DNA of 39,463 nucleotides from a virus (Duplodnaviria; Heunggongvirae; Uroviricota; Caudoviricetes): IMG/VR virus record IMGVR_UViG_2531839129_000021; one strand, 5' to 3'. Shown piece by piece: positions 19,291 to 30,036 of this stretch (position 1 is its first letter; each line of letters starts with the position of its first letter). The notes under the pieces were generated by a model. It saw only the letters and a program-made list of their open reading frames with translations, ran no database searches and was not told where the DNA came from. The position numbers and the translations under genes were made by a program.

Positions 19291-20913
19291 ATGCCGTTAC
19301 CATTCCCCTTCGATTTTAAACATCCTGATTACCAGATGGTTTTTGAATGGCGGATGGAACGCCTACAGCGCATTCGCCAGAATCCTGAAATATTGCCCGT
19401 GTTGAAGCAGTTTTACCGAACCAATCCGGCTCAGTTCATCATCGACTGGGGCATGACAACGGACCCGCGTAATATTGATTATGGCCTGCCGGTGACCATT
19501 CCGTTTTTACTCTTCCCTAAGCAGGAGGAGTGGATCCACTGGATTATGGAACGCTGGGGTAATCGGGAGAATGGTATTACCGAAAAATCCCGTGAAATGG
19601 GGCTCAGTTGGACCGCGATCGGACTGGCCTGCTCGCTTTGTCTCTTCAACAAAGGAATGGTTATCGGTTTCGGCTCCCGTAAAGAGGAATACGTCGACAG
19701 CACCGGTGACCCGAAAGCATTGTTCTGGAAGGCGCGCAAGTTCGTGGAAACACTACCTGTAGAGTTTCGCGGTTCGTGGAGCGAGAAGAAGCACGCGCCA
19801 TATATGCGTGTTGAGTTTCCTGAAACTGGTGCCGTTATCAAAGGCGAGGCTGGCGATAATATTGGTCGTGGTGACCGTACCACGCTTTATCTGGTTGATG
19901 AGGCTGCATTCCTTCAGCGTCCTCTGCTGATTGATGCGGCGTTGTCACAAACGACGCGTTGCCGTATTGACCTGAGTTCAGTTAATGGCATGGCGAACCC
20001 GTTCGCTCAGAAGCGTCATGGCGGGAAGATACCGGTATTCACATTCCACTGGCGGGATGATCCTCGCAAGGATGAAGAGTGGTATCGCAGGGAATGCGAG
20101 AAAATCGATAATCCGGTGGTGGTGGCACAGGAACTTGATCTGAACTACAGCGCATCAGCGGAAGGCGTCCTGATTCCATCCGAATGGGTACAGGCTGCCG
20201 TTGATGCGCATATCAAACTGGGGATCCAGCCAACAGGCAAACGACTTGGCGCGATGGATGTCGCCGACGAAGGCAGGGACAAAAATGCCTTTTCCACCCG
20301 TCATGGCTTCCTCCTGGAAAATGTGCGGGAATGGTCTGGTGTGGGCAGCGACATTTATCAGTCCGTCGAGAAGGTCTTCGGTTTTTGCGAACAGGACAAC
20401 CTCGAAGAGTTTCGCTTTGATGAGGACGGGCTGGGCGCTGGCGTTCGCGGCGATGCACGCGCTATCAACGAACTGCGTAACGCTGCGCGCCGACCGTCAA
20501 TACTCGCCACACCGTTTCGAGGTAGTGGCGCGGTATTTGATCCGGATGATGAAGCTGTTCGCGGGGACAACGGGCAAGCCGCACGTCTGAACAAGGACTT
20601 CTTCGCTAACGCCAAAGCCCAGAGCTGGTGGCGGTTACGTAAACTTTTCCAGAACACCTACCGTGCCGTGGTTGAGGGCATGGCCTACAACCCGGACGAA
20701 ATCATCTCAATCAGCAGTAGCATGGCACTCAAAGATAAACTCATCATCGAGCTTTCGCAGCCGACCTATTCCATTAATGGTGTGGGAAAAATCGTTATTG
20801 ATAAACAGCCTGATGGAACCCGGTCGCCAAACCTTGCCGACTCGGTGATGATCAACTATGCCCCAATGAATTCAGCCCTGAACATCTGGGAGCTGCTAGG
20901 GAGACAGGCCTGA
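19291..20913 (+). CDS. Terminase large subunit
   Basis: 540-aa ORF with an apparent Walker-B-like motif ([11 protein letters not shown]) and a nuclease-type C-terminal half; position between small terminase and portal. Confidence 0.8.
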   Translation: MPLPFPFDFKHPDYQMVFEWRMERLQRIRQNPEILPVLKQFYRTNPAQFIIDWGMTTDPRNIDYGLPVTIPFLLFPKQEEWIHWIMERWGNRENGITEKSREMGLSWTAIGLACSLCLFNKGMVIGFGSRKEEYVDSTGDPKALFWKARKFVETLPVEFRGSWSEKKHAPYMRVEFPETGAVIKGEAGDNIGRGDRTTLYLVDEAAFLQRPLLIDAALSQTTRCRIDLSSVNGMANPFAQKRHGGKIPVFTFHWRDDPRKDEEWYRRECEKIDNPVVVAQELDLNYSASAEGVLIPSEWVQAAVDAHIKLGIQPTGKRLGAMDVADEGRDKNAFSTRHGFLLENVREWSGVGSDIYQSVEKVFGFCEQDNLEEFRFDEDGLGAGVRGDARAINELRNAARRPSILATPFRGSGAVFDPDDEAVRGDNGQAARLNKDFFANAKAQSWWRLRKLFQNTYRAVVEGMAYNPDEIISISSSMALKDKLIIELSQPTYSINGVGKIVIDKQPDGTRSPNLADSVMINYAPMNSALNIWELLGRQA

Positions 20914-22379
20914 TGGCACGAAACAAACAAGCCCTGCGGCGAACTGCGCAGGCCACAGCTGATGGTTATGAGAATTTTATTGCCCGCGTAGGGATGCAGA
21001 CACCTAACCAGCACTCAGCATCCACCTACCGGGCTAATTTCACCAGTCGTAACCGCATGCTGGTGGAATGGTCCTATCGTTCGTCCTGGATCATCGGCGA
21101 AGCGGTCGATGCTATCCCGGATGATATGACCCGCAAAGGCATTCGCATCACTTCGGAAATTGATGCAAAAGATCGCGGCATTCTCGAATCACAACTGGAT
21201 GAGTTGCAAATCTGGGATGCGCTGAATGACGTGCTGAAATGGTCGCGCCTCTATGGCGGCGCGGTGGGTTTCATCATGATTGAGGGGCAGGCACCAATGA
21301 CCCCGCTGCGGCTCGAAACCATTGGAGAAGGCAAGTTTAAGGGGATTCTCCCGCTCGACCGCTGGATGATTAACCCAGTGCTGACCCGCCGCATTAAAGA
21401 TATGGGGCCGGACCTGGGTAAACCTGAGTTTTACGATGTGGTGACCACAGCAACGGGAATTCCTGCCTGGCGCATTCATCACAGTCGTCTGATTCGCTTT
21501 GATGGCGTCACGCTGCCATTCCAGCAGAAGATGACCGAGAACGAATGGGGAATGTCGGTTGTAGAGCGTATCTGGGATCGTCTTACCGCGTTCGACAGCG
21601 CTACTGTCGGCGCGGCGCAGCTGGTCTACAAGGCGCATCTGCGCCCCTACAGCGTGGAGAAGCTACGCGAGCTTATCGCACTTGGTGGTCCTGCGTATGA
21701 AGCGTTGCTGAAGAATATCGACCTGATTCGACAGTTCCAGAGCAATGAAGGCATGACGCTCATGGACTCGCGGGATAAGTTTGAAACCCATCAGTACAGC
21801 TTCAGTGGTCTGGATGACATCCTTTCGCAGTTTGCAGAACAGATTAGTGGCGCTGTTGGTATCCCACTGGTGCGGTTGTTCGGACAGTCCCCGAAAGGAT
21901 TTTCTACCGGCGATGCAGACCTTGCCAACTATTACGATCGGGTAAGCTCGCTGCAGGAGAGACGTTTACGTCTTCCGGTGCGGCGGATACTGGACATCAT
22001 GCATCGTTCGGAACTTGGCAAGCCGCTACCGGACGATTTCACGTTTGAGTTTAACCCGCTCTGGCAAATGTCTGATGTCGATCGCTCAACGGTGGCGTTA
22101 AACACTACCAACGCAATCAGTACAGCGCTGGGTGATGGTCTGATGACACTGAAAGCCGCTATGACTGATTTGCGAGAAAATTCTGACGTAACCGGCATCG
22201 GGGCATCCATTACCGACGAGGACATCGAGAATGCCGAAGATGAAGCGCCGCCCGGCATCGGCGAACCTGATGACGAACCGCAGGAACCGTCAGGCGGAAA
22301 TCCGGTATCGAACCAGCCTACGCAGGATAGCGCGGGCGGTCGGGGACATCGTAAATGGTCACTACGATGGTTCAAATGA
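20913..22379 (+). CDS. Portal protein
   Basis: 488-aa ORF after the terminase; acidic C-terminal tail; ATGA coupling with terL. Confidence 0.75.
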   Translation: MARNKQALRRTAQATADGYENFIARVGMQTPNQHSASTYRANFTSRNRMLVEWSYRSSWIIGEAVDAIPDDMTRKGIRITSEIDAKDRGILESQLDELQIWDALNDVLKWSRLYGGAVGFIMIEGQAPMTPLRLETIGEGKFKGILPLDRWMINPVLTRRIKDMGPDLGKPEFYDVVTTATGIPAWRIHHSRLIRFDGVTLPFQQKMTENEWGMSVVERIWDRLTAFDSATVGAAQLVYKAHLRPYSVEKLRELIALGGPAYEALLKNIDLIRQFQSNEGMTLMDSRDKFETHQYSFSGLDDILSQFAEQISGAVGIPLVRLFGQSPKGFSTGDADLANYYDRVSSLQERRLRLPVRRILDIMHRSELGKPLPDDFTFEFNPLWQMSDVDRSTVALNTTNAISTALGDGLMTLKAAMTDLRENSDVTGIGASITDEDIENAEDEAPPGIGEPDDEPQEPSGGNPVSNQPTQDSAGGRGHRKWSLRWFK

Positions 22380-23004
22380 CAGTATCACGGAAATTATTGA
22401 GGCGCTGGAACGCTACAGTGAAATCATCACCCCCTGGGCGACAAAGGTCGCGGAAAACTTTACCGCCGATATTGTGCGCAAGAATGATGAGCAGTGGCGT
22501 AAACACAGCAAAACCATCAGCCGTGAGCTACGCAATCTGGTAAACAGTGCCCCGCCAGGGCAGGTGATGCAATCCATCATCGCCGAACAGGTCAAGTACA
22601 TCAAATCGCTCCCCCTCGAGGCGGCTGACAGGGTGTACGACATCCAGAATCGGGCGATAGAAGCTGTTGTGACCGGTGGGAGAGCAGAACATTTTGCTAA
22701 AGAAATTGCAGCATCGGGTGATATAGCAAAGTCCAGAGCTGACCTGATTGCCCGTACTGAACTTGGACGTGCAACCGGCGCGCTGGATCAGGCACGTGCG
22801 CTGTCAATTGGTTCGAATGGTTATATCTGGCGTACAGCCGAAGATGGTGACGTCAGGCATTCTCATCGGGAAATGGAAGGTAAATTTGTCGAATGGGGCA
22901 AACCTCCAACGCTTGATGGCATGACCGGTCACGCTGGCGAGCTCCCGAATTGTCGCTGTTATAAAGAAATCGTTTTTCCCTCCTCCCATTCTTATCCCGC
23001 CTGA
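22231..23004 (+). CDS. Head morphogenesis protein (Mu F / SPP1 gp7-like), start uncertain
   Basis: 257-aa ORF; ATG 22231 has a GAGGA RBS but overlaps the portal 3' end by 149 nt out of frame. Confidence 0.6.
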   Translation: MPKMKRRPASANLMTNRRNRQAEIRYRTSLRRIARAVGDIVNGHYDGSNDSITEIIEALERYSEIITPWATKVAENFTADIVRKNDEQWRKHSKTISRELRNLVNSAPPGQVMQSIIAEQVKYIKSLPLEAADRVYDIQNRAIEAVVTGGRAEHFAKEIAASGDIAKSRADLIARTELGRATGALDQARALSIGSNGYIWRTAEDGDVRHSHREMEGKFVEWGKPPTLDGMTGHAGELPNCRCYKEIVFPSSHSYPA

Positions 23005-23018
23005 ATCGCAGGTAACAC

Positions 23019-24239
23019 ATGAAATATTTTTTCAATACCCGGCTGGGGGAAACCCGCTATCAGCTGGCTGACGGCTCGTTGCTGTGCAAAGACGTGCCGA
23101 TAGGACGAACAGGTAAGCAGCTCTATGGTGCTGATGACCTGCCAAAACTGAAACCCGATAAGTTCGGTGAAATAGTCGTCACACGTTCTCCTGAGCAGGT
23201 ATTCCATCCGGCCACGCTTGCCTCATTCGAAGGGATGAGCATCACGATCCTGCATCCTGAAGATGAAAACGGGAATGTGCGGCTGGTAAATCCCGAGAAC
23301 TGGAAAGAGCTTGCTGTCGGGCACCTCCAGAATGTCCGGCGCGGGACGGGTGAGCAGTCTGATTTGATGCTGGCTGACCTTATCGTCAAAGACGAAAGCG
23401 CCATTCAGCTTATCGAAGATGGCCTGCGCGAAGTGTCGTGCGGCTATGACGCGGAGTATGAGCAGACCGAGCCAGGTAAAGCCGAGCAGGTCGATATTAC
23501 CGGAAACCATGTGGCTCTTGTCCCCAAAGGCAGAGCCGGAAATCGTTGTGCAATTGGAGACAGAGACACAATGGCAAATCAAAAGAAAAACTGGTGGAAC
23601 CGCATGCGTGCAGCCATCAAGACAGGAGATGCCGACACCATGAACGAACTGGTGGAGTCGGCTCCCGCATCGGTTACAGGAGATGAGGGGGATTTGCCGC
23701 AGGGCGTTAATCTCAACATCAACCTGTCCCCGCAGCAACCACTACCGGACAAAGCACCAGAGATGGGCGGAGGTCCAACCGGCGACAGTGATGATGACCT
23801 CAAAACATTACTGAAATCCCTGCTGGCTAAGCTGGAAGGAAATGCGACGGGCGATAACGATAATAAGCCTGACGATAATCCAACCGGTGACGGCGAGGAC
23901 GATGAAGAGGAAACCACGATTACTGGTGACTCAGCCTGGCGTGCCGAAGTTATCGTTCCGGGTATCGATCTGAGCCGTAAGATGAAACCGACCGCGTTCA
24001 AACGCGAGGTTCTGGCTTCTGCTGACAAAACGCTGGTTCGCCAGATAGTCGGTGATGCGGATATCCGCAAATTGCCGAAACAATCGGTCGACATGGCGTT
24101 TAATGCCGTGTCTGAGATTGCCAAAGGGCGAAACACCCGCGCCACCACCGGCGATGCACAGCGCCTAAACATGGGCATGACCAGTATCGCTTCCCTGAAC
24201 AAACAAAACGCTGAATTCTGGGCAAACCGTAAAGGGTAA
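23019..24239 (+). CDS. Putative head scaffold / prohead-processing protein
   Basis: 406-aa ORF with a long acidic, low-complexity middle region (GDSDDD..DDEEE) typical of scaffolds; position between gpF-like and capsid genes. Confidence 0.4.
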   Translation: MKYFFNTRLGETRYQLADGSLLCKDVPIGRTGKQLYGADDLPKLKPDKFGEIVVTRSPEQVFHPATLASFEGMSITILHPEDENGNVRLVNPENWKELAVGHLQNVRRGTGEQSDLMLADLIVKDESAIQLIEDGLREVSCGYDAEYEQTEPGKAEQVDITGNHVALVPKGRAGNRCAIGDRDTMANQKKNWWNRMRAAIKTGDADTMNELVESAPASVTGDEGDLPQGVNLNINLSPQQPLPDKAPEMGGGPTGDSDDDLKTLLKSLLAKLEGNATGDNDNKPDDNPTGDGEDDEEETTITGDSAWRAEVIVPGIDLSRKMKPTAFKREVLASADKTLVRQIVGDADIRKLPKQSVDMAFNAVSEIAKGRNTRATTGDAQRLNMGMTSIASLNKQNAEFWANRKG

Positions 24240-24242
24240 AAA

Positions 24243-24749
24243 ATGAATAATGTATTTCTGTACCGGATGCCTGTTGGCATTGCCGGGGCTGTCTCTCGCC
24301 CGCAGGACTTAACCGTCGAACCGGTGGTCCTTAAATCCGATAACGCCTTCGCTGCCTATGGCCTGGCTGGTAAATACGATGATGACGGTTTTTTCGTGCC
24401 GCTGGCAGATGGTGATACCGCAGACAAGGTGAAGGGGATCTACGTGCGCCCTTATCCGACCACTTCGCAGCCGGACATGGTTCGCCAGGTGGGGACTGGC
24501 AAGAACTTCCCGGGCGACGCCATGAAGCGTGGCTACGTGACCGTTAATCTCGGTTCTGATTTTGATGCCAGCACCATCAAAAAAGGCGACCCGGTATACG
24601 TTGTCGTCTCCACTGATGAATCCATCAAAGTGCCGCTGGGTGGATTCATGTCCACGTCAGTCAGTGGCAAAAACGTGGTGCTGACCAACGCTGAATTCAC
24701 AGGTGCCGGTGATGCTGACGGCAATGCAGAAATTTCCTGGAAGATTTAA
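24243..24749 (+). CDS. Head structural protein (possible decoration/scaffold)
   Basis: 168-aa ORF immediately upstream of the major capsid gene. Confidence 0.4.
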   Translation: MNNVFLYRMPVGIAGAVSRPQDLTVEPVVLKSDNAFAAYGLAGKYDDDGFFVPLADGDTADKVKGIYVRPYPTTSQPDMVRQVGTGKNFPGDAMKRGYVTVNLGSDFDASTIKKGDPVYVVVSTDESIKVPLGGFMSTSVSGKNVVLTNAEFTGAGDADGNAEISWKI

Positions 24750-24760
24750 GGAACAGACGA

Positions 24761-25702
24761 ATGATTACTTTTGATCAGGCAACCGTTGACAGCTCTGGTG
24801 CCTTTCTCATCGGGGAGCTGGAGCGACTCGACCAGACGCTGACCCTGCCACTGGTGGGGTACACCTGGACCCGCGATATTCAGTTGCGTGAAGATGTCTC
24901 TATCGCAGATGACATTTCCAGCTGGACGAATACCAGCTTCGCCGCTGCGGGTACTGGTGCAAATCCGAATGGCAAAAACTGGGTAGGCAAAGACTCAACC
25001 GCTATTGCTGGCGTGAACGTGGATATCGGCAAATCCGGTAACCCGCTGAACCTGTGGGGGATGGAACTTGGCTGGACGGTCATAGAATTGCAGGCTGCTC
25101 AGCAGGTCGGCCGCCCGATTGATACGCAGAAGTATGACGGTATGCAACTGAAATGGCAGATGGATAACGATGAACAGGTATATGTTGGCGATTCCGCATT
25201 AAACCTGAAAGGCCTTGTTACCCTGGACGGCGTGCCTGTCAACAACGCTGCTAAAACGTGGGCAACCTCAACACCGGACGAAATCCGCGCAAGCATTAAC
25301 CAGGTGCTGTCTGATGCGTGGGCCGCTTCCGGTTACTCTGTGGTTCCGCGTGATTTGCTGATCCCGCCTGAGCAGTTTGCTCTGTTGTCCAGCATCATCG
25401 TTTCATCTGCGGGTAACCAGTCCCTGTTGACGTATCTTCAGACCAACACCATCAGCTATCACCAGAACGGTGTTCCGCTGAATATCCGCGCGGTTAAATG
25501 GCTGAAAGGCCGTGGTGTGGGGAAAAAGGATCGCATGGTTGCGTACACCAACGATAAAAAATACGTCCGCTACCCGCTGGTTCCGCTTCAGAGCGTGCCG
25601 GTGCAGTATCGCGGTCTGTATCAGATCGTCACTTACTACGGCAAGCTGGGTGCGGTTGAGCCAGTGTACAAAGAAACCATTTCGTACGTTGATGGCATTT
25701 AA
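24761..25702 (+). CDS. Major capsid protein (putative)
   Basis: 313-aa ORF in the major-capsid position of the head module. Confidence 0.55.
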   Translation: MITFDQATVDSSGAFLIGELERLDQTLTLPLVGYTWTRDIQLREDVSIADDISSWTNTSFAAAGTGANPNGKNWVGKDSTAIAGVNVDIGKSGNPLNLWGMELGWTVIELQAAQQVGRPIDTQKYDGMQLKWQMDNDEQVYVGDSALNLKGLVTLDGVPVNNAAKTWATSTPDEIRASINQVLSDAWAASGYSVVPRDLLIPPEQFALLSSIIVSSAGNQSLLTYLQTNTISYHQNGVPLNIRAVKWLKGRGVGKKDRMVAYTNDKKYVRYPLVPLQSVPVQYRGLYQIVTYYGKLGAVEPVYKETISYVDGI

Positions 25703-25743
25703 CAGCCACATGGCCCCCTGGCGGGGCCATTAAGGATGACCCG

Positions 25744-25965
25744 ATGGCAAAAAATAATGCAGTAATACACGTACATACCCCGTTTGTGCTCACGCTTCCC
25801 GACGGTTCACGGAGCGAGTTTGTTAAAGGCCGTCATGCTGTGGAGGAAGAAGTTGCCACGCACTGGTTCACTCGTGCGCACGCGGAAGTATCCGTTGGCA
25901 AAGCCACAGACGCGCGTAACGAGGTAAAAAATGCCAAAGAATCAAAGTCTGCCAGCGGTAAGTGA
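25744..25965 (+). CDS. Hypothetical head-module protein (73 aa)
   Basis: ATG ORF between the capsid and connector genes. Confidence 0.35.
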   Translation: MAKNNAVIHVHTPFVLTLPDGSRSEFVKGRHAVEEEVATHWFTRAHAEVSVGKATDARNEVKNAKESKSASGK

Positions 25966-26338
25966 TTTTCGCCGCGACTTCCCGCAGTTTGCTGACCCTG
26001 CCAAATATCCCGAAGCGCAAATCCAGTTTCGTCTGAATCTGGCCGATGAACTGCTGAGCGAAAACGTCACCGGCAAAAAGTTGTTTCCGTACTTTGCCGG
26101 GTTGTTCGTTGCGCACTACATGACGCTCTGGGCGGCAGACAGTCGGGCGATGCTGGCTGGTGGTCCGGGCGGTTCAACCAATGGTGTTCAGTCCTCAAAG
26201 TCCGTGGATAAGGTAAGCGTCAGTTATGACACCAGCGCGACGCTGAATCCTGATGCAGGTTTCTGGAATAACACCCGATATGGCGCTGAATTTTATCAGT
26301 TGATCACGATGTTCGGTGCAGGTGGTCGCCAGCTATGA
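25931..26338 (+). CDS. Head-tail connector / head completion protein (putative)
   Basis: 135-aa ORF with GAGG RBS; position. Confidence 0.45.
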   Translation: MPKNQSLPAVSDFRRDFPQFADPAKYPEAQIQFRLNLADELLSENVTGKKLFPYFAGLFVAHYMTLWAADSRAMLAGGPGGSTNGVQSSKSVDKVSVSYDTSATLNPDAGFWNNTRYGAEFYQLITMFGAGGRQL

Positions 26339-26889
26339 GTTTCAAAAGCGGTGTAACAACGAGGGTGGATAACGCTAAGGCCATTCTGGATGCGCTCAGG
26401 TCGTTAACCAAAAAAGATGTGCTGGTCGGCATCCCTTCGGAAGACAGCGGGCGGGATGATGTTCCGTTTGGTAATGCGGGCATCGGTTACCTCAACGAAT
26501 ACGGCTCACCAGAGCAGAACATCCCGCCACGACCTCACCTGGTTCCCGGCGTTAAATCGGCAGAAGAGCAGACGGTGCCGCAGCTCAAAGTCGCGGCGCA
26601 GGCTGCACTTGATGGTAATGCTGCGGGAGCAGAAAGCGCACTCAACCGTGCCGGAACACTGGCGGCTAATGGCGTCAGGCGTTACATGACCATTACCGGC
26701 TTTACGCCGCTTGCTGACAGTACTGTTGAAGCCCGGGCTCGTCGGGGGCGCAAGGGGGCAACACTGGAACTTGCCCGGCGTGCTGCTGGCGAATCCCCGG
26801 GAACCGAACTGGCGAAACCATTAATTGACACCGGGCAATATCGCAGAGCGATTACCCATGTTGTGAGGGATAAAAATGCCGACTCTTGA
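26335..26889 (+). CDS. Head-tail joining protein (putative)
   Basis: 184-aa ORF, ATGA-coupled to the upstream gene. Confidence 0.45.
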   Translation: MSFKSGVTTRVDNAKAILDALRSLTKKDVLVGIPSEDSGRDDVPFGNAGIGYLNEYGSPEQNIPPRPHLVPGVKSAEEQTVPQLKVAAQAALDGNAAGAESALNRAGTLAANGVRRYMTITGFTPLADSTVEARARRGRKGATLELARRAAGESPGTELAKPLIDTGQYRRAITHVVRDKNADS

Positions 26890-27265
26890 TGTAACAGATG
26901 TGCTTTTTGACCCCGATTTTTGCGACTTCAATTTGTGGGTAACACGCCGTGTGCAAACGGTGGATGAGGACGGGATCGGCAGCGACAGCGAAGTTAAAAA
27001 GCAGTTTGCCGGAGTCGTAACTGTTGATCGCTCTCTGGAAAACCGTCGTATGCAGGCCGGGCAGGTAATCAGTGGTGCAATTCTGATTGTGACGACTGAG
27101 CGACTGACGCAGGGACAGACTGGCCGTGATGCCGATATCGTGACGTATCAGGGCCGTGATTATCGTGTGACTTTCGTCGACCCGTATACAGCGTATGGTG
27201 CCGGATTCGTTCAGGCGCATTGTGAGTTGCTGCCGTTTGATGGGGGAATTCCGGTTGAGCAATAA
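26876..27265 (+). CDS. Tail completion / neck protein (putative)
   Basis: 129-aa ORF in the operon. Confidence 0.4.
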   Translation: MPTLDVTDVLFDPDFCDFNLWVTRRVQTVDEDGIGSDSEVKKQFAGVVTVDRSLENRRMQAGQVISGAILIVTTERLTQGQTGRDADIVTYQGRDYRVTFVDPYTAYGAGFVQAHCELLPFDGGIPVEQ

Positions 27266-27803
27266 CACCAGCACAGAGCGCGGATGGCTGATACCAACCA
27301 GTGGCGATCCGGATTATGACGAAGCGCTCGACAGGCTGTTAAGCCAGTGGATGCGTAACGTTTCCGGTCTGTCTGCCGGGATGGTTCGTCCGCGCTGGCA
27401 GAAAGAGCAACCGCCACTGCTACCGGCTGAAACGAACTGGTGTGCGTTTGGGGTTATCGGATGGTCAGGTGATGACAGTCCGGCATTCACCAGACAGACC
27501 GATGATGGCTCTCAGCTCTGGCGGCATGAAACGATTGAGTGTATGGCTTCGTTTTATGGTCCGGCGGGGATGGTGTATGCGTCCCGGTTTCGTGACGGTA
27601 TATCTGTACCGCAGAACAACGCAGCACTGAATGCGCTGGGGCTGTCTCTTGGCGATTACACAGGTCTGACTCCCTTCCCTGAACTTATTAATCAGCAATG
27701 GGTCCGCCGCTACGATATGACGGTGCGTCTGCGCCGGAAGGTTGTGCGCGAGTACGGTATTAAATCGCTGGTGGAAGCACCAGTCATCTTTTTCGGAGAT
27801 TAA
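27240..27803 (+). CDS. Tail-module protein (putative), start uncertain
   Basis: In-frame ATG at 27240 within the track ORF 27195-27803 (whose annotated start overlaps the upstream gene). Confidence 0.4.
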   Translation: MGEFRLSNNTSTERGWLIPTSGDPDYDEALDRLLSQWMRNVSGLSAGMVRPRWQKEQPPLLPAETNWCAFGVIGWSGDDSPAFTRQTDDGSQLWRHETIECMASFYGPAGMVYASRFRDGISVPQNNAALNALGLSLGDYTGLTPFPELINQQWVRRYDMTVRLRRKVVREYGIKSLVEAPVIFFGD

Positions 27804-27806
27804 GCT

Positions 27807-28952
27807 ATGGCACAGGGCTTGCCTGTATCAAACGTTGTTAATGTTGATGTGATCATGTCGCCGCGTGCAGCATCAGGGCGAAATTTTGGTGCATTACTCA
27901 TTCTCGGCCCGTCCACAATCATTCCGGTAAGTGAGCGCATTCGCCGTTATTCTGCCGCGGAAGATATTGGAAAAGATTTTGGCGTGGAATCACCAGAATA
28001 TAAGGCTGCGCAGGTGTTTTTCTCTCAATCACCGAAACCTCAGGAGGTTTTTGTTGGTCGTTGGGTGAAAACGAAGGGAGACAGCGAACAGGCCACGCCT
28101 GAGACGCTGGAGCAGGCTGTGAATGCCATGCTCGATTATACTTCATGGTATGGGCTGGGGATTGCAGACGATGAAGATATTCCGGATGCAGACTGGCTGA
28201 AAGTGGCTGCGGCGATCGAATCCTCTTCTGTAAGCCGTATTCTGGCGATTACGACAAGCGATGAGAAATGCCTGCAGACTGCATCCAGCGATGATTTGGC
28301 ATCAAAACTGAAAACCGCCGGATATTCACGCAGTTTTATTCAATATTCATCGGGTAGTAAATACGCTGCGTTATCTGCATTTGGCCGGGCATTCACGGTT
28401 AATTTCAATGGCAGTAATACCGCGATTACGCTCAAGTTTAAGCAGGAGCCGGGTGTCGGGTATGAAACACTGACAGTCAGCCAGGCATCGGCACTTGATG
28501 CAAAAAACTGCAATGTGTTCGTGTACTACCAGAATGATACAGCTATCCTCCAGCAGGGAGTGATGGCTAACGGCGATTTCTTTGATGAACGCCACGGCCT
28601 GGACTGGTTACAGAATTATGTGCAGACCAACCTCTATAACCTGCTTTATACCAGCACCACGAAGGTTCCCCAGACTGAAGCCGGTATTACCCGACTGTTA
28701 TCAAATGTTGAAAAATCACTGGCTCAGGCCGTTCAGAATGGACTGATTGCTCCGGGCGTATGGAACGGTGGCGACCTTGGTCAGTTGTCATCAGGTGACA
28801 CGCTGCCCAAAGGTTATTACGTATACGCCCAGCCGCTGGATGAACAGGCACAATCAGAACGTGAAGCCCGTAAGGCTCCGGTGATTCAGGCTGCAATAAA
28901 ACTTGCAGGCGCGGTTCATTACGCTGACGTACAGATTAACGTTGTTCGCTAA
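27807..28952 (+). CDS. Putative tail sheath protein
   Basis: 381-aa ORF with GGAGA RBS, directly upstream of a tube-sized gene, the chaperone and the tape measure; size similar to P2 FI sheath; inferred from order only. Confidence 0.45.
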   Translation: MAQGLPVSNVVNVDVIMSPRAASGRNFGALLILGPSTIIPVSERIRRYSAAEDIGKDFGVESPEYKAAQVFFSQSPKPQEVFVGRWVKTKGDSEQATPETLEQAVNAMLDYTSWYGLGIADDEDIPDADWLKVAAAIESSSVSRILAITTSDEKCLQTASSDDLASKLKTAGYSRSFIQYSSGSKYAALSAFGRAFTVNFNGSNTAITLKFKQEPGVGYETLTVSQASALDAKNCNVFVYYQNDTAILQQGVMANGDFFDERHGLDWLQNYVQTNLYNLLYTSTTKVPQTEAGITRLLSNVEKSLAQAVQNGLIAPGVWNGGDLGQLSSGDTLPKGYYVYAQPLDEQAQSEREARKAPVIQAAIKLAGAVHYADVQINVVR

Positions 28953-28962
28953 GGGGAAGTGA

Positions 28963-29403
28963 ATGTCTACCTATTCTTTTATGGATGTCACTGCGACGCT
29001 GACCGGCCCGACCGGTTCGATTGACCTCGGGTACGGTTCTGCAAGTTCTGAAGAGGGGATTGTGGTTGCGATGGGCGGTCCTAAAAACACCATGACCATC
29101 GGTGCTGATGGCGAAGTGATGCACAGTCTCCATGCAGATAAAAGCGGGACGATTACCGTTAACCTTCTGAAGACATCACCGACAAATAAAAAATTGTCGC
29201 TGGCGTATAACGCACAGAGCCAGTCTTCTGCCACATGGGGGAATAACGTTATCGTGATCCGCAACAAGGTCAGCGGCGACATCATCACGGCACGCAGTGT
29301 TGCGTTCCAGAAACAACCGGATAACGCCAACGCTAAAACCGGTAATACGATGCCGTGGGTGTTTGACTGCGGCAAGATTGACCAGGTTCTCGGGGAGTTT
29401 TAA
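28963..29403 (+). CDS. Putative tail tube protein
   Basis: 146-aa ORF between the sheath-like gene and the tail assembly chaperone. Confidence 0.45.
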   Translation: MSTYSFMDVTATLTGPTGSIDLGYGSASSEEGIVVAMGGPKNTMTIGADGEVMHSLHADKSGTITVNLLKTSPTNKKLSLAYNAQSQSSATWGNNVIVIRNKVSGDIITARSVAFQKQPDNANAKTGNTMPWVFDCGKIDQVLGEF

Positions 29404-29406
29404 TGC

Positions 29407-29859
29407 ATGGAATTCGAAATCAAAGGCGTGAAATATCGCGTGGCAAAACTCAGCGTTTTTGACCAGCTGAAAGTGACCCGCAAACTTCTGCCGGTACTGG
29501 CGGGAATGATGTCAGATTTCGGGAGCATTCGCTCCCGTTTGCCTGCTGACGGCAAAATCGACACCGTGAAATTCGAGCAGTTAAAACCGGTGTTTGAAAC
29601 CATGCTCCCGCGTATCGCTGAGGAACTGTCTTCCCTGACCGAAGATGACACCGATGCGATTATTCATCCCTGTCTTGCGGTGGTGTCGCGGCGTCATATG
29701 GACGGATGGGTTCCGGTATTTACCCAGGGCGAACTGATGTTTGATGATATTGACTTGCTGGTCATGCTTCATCTGGTGGCGCGGGTGGTCGCCGATTCGC
29801 TGGGAAATTTTTTGCCTACACCCCTTACCAGCACGACGCAGAGCCTGCAACAGGGCTGA
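29407..29859 (+). CDS. Tail assembly chaperone (lambda G / P2 E-like)
   Basis: 150-aa ORF immediately upstream of the tape measure; carries slippery heptamers near its 3' end with an open -1 frame extending to 30047. Confidence 0.55.
   Translation: MEFEIKGVKYRVAKLSVFDQLKVTRKLLPVLAGMMSDFGSIRSRLPADGKIDTVKFEQLKPVFETMLPRIAEELSSLTEDDTDAIIHPCLAVVSRRHMDGWVPVFTQGELMFDDIDLLVMLHLVARVVADSLGNFLPTPLTSTTQSLQQG
29802..29814 (+). other. Candidate -1 programmed ribosomal frameshift site (G GGA AAT / A AAT TTT / T TTT TTG) giving a chaperone extension ending at 30047
   Basis: Three overlapping X_XXY_YYZ heptamers in the chaperone frame; the -1 frame has no stop from 29808 to TGA at 30045-30047 (about 80 codons). 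Confidence 0.5.
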
Positions 29860-30036
29860 CGTTTAACAGCCTGCCGGACGGGCTGTCCTACCTTCTCAAT
29901 CCGGTTGACGCCGGGTTAATTCCCTATACAGCACTTAAAGATGGCTCTGTCGATTTGTATGACATTGCTCTCTTGAATGACCATCTGGCGGTAAAAGCGG
30001 ATAACCAGCGGCGCATTGAGAAATGGAGAGAGGATA

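Noticed and set aside
19479-20657. Minus-strand and alternative-frame ORFs inside the terminase large subunit (19479-19883, 20201-20590, 20213-20458, 20358-20657)
   Set aside because: Embedded in a long, well-supported gene; Arg/Pro-rich translations typical of out-of-frame reads of GC-rich coding DNA.
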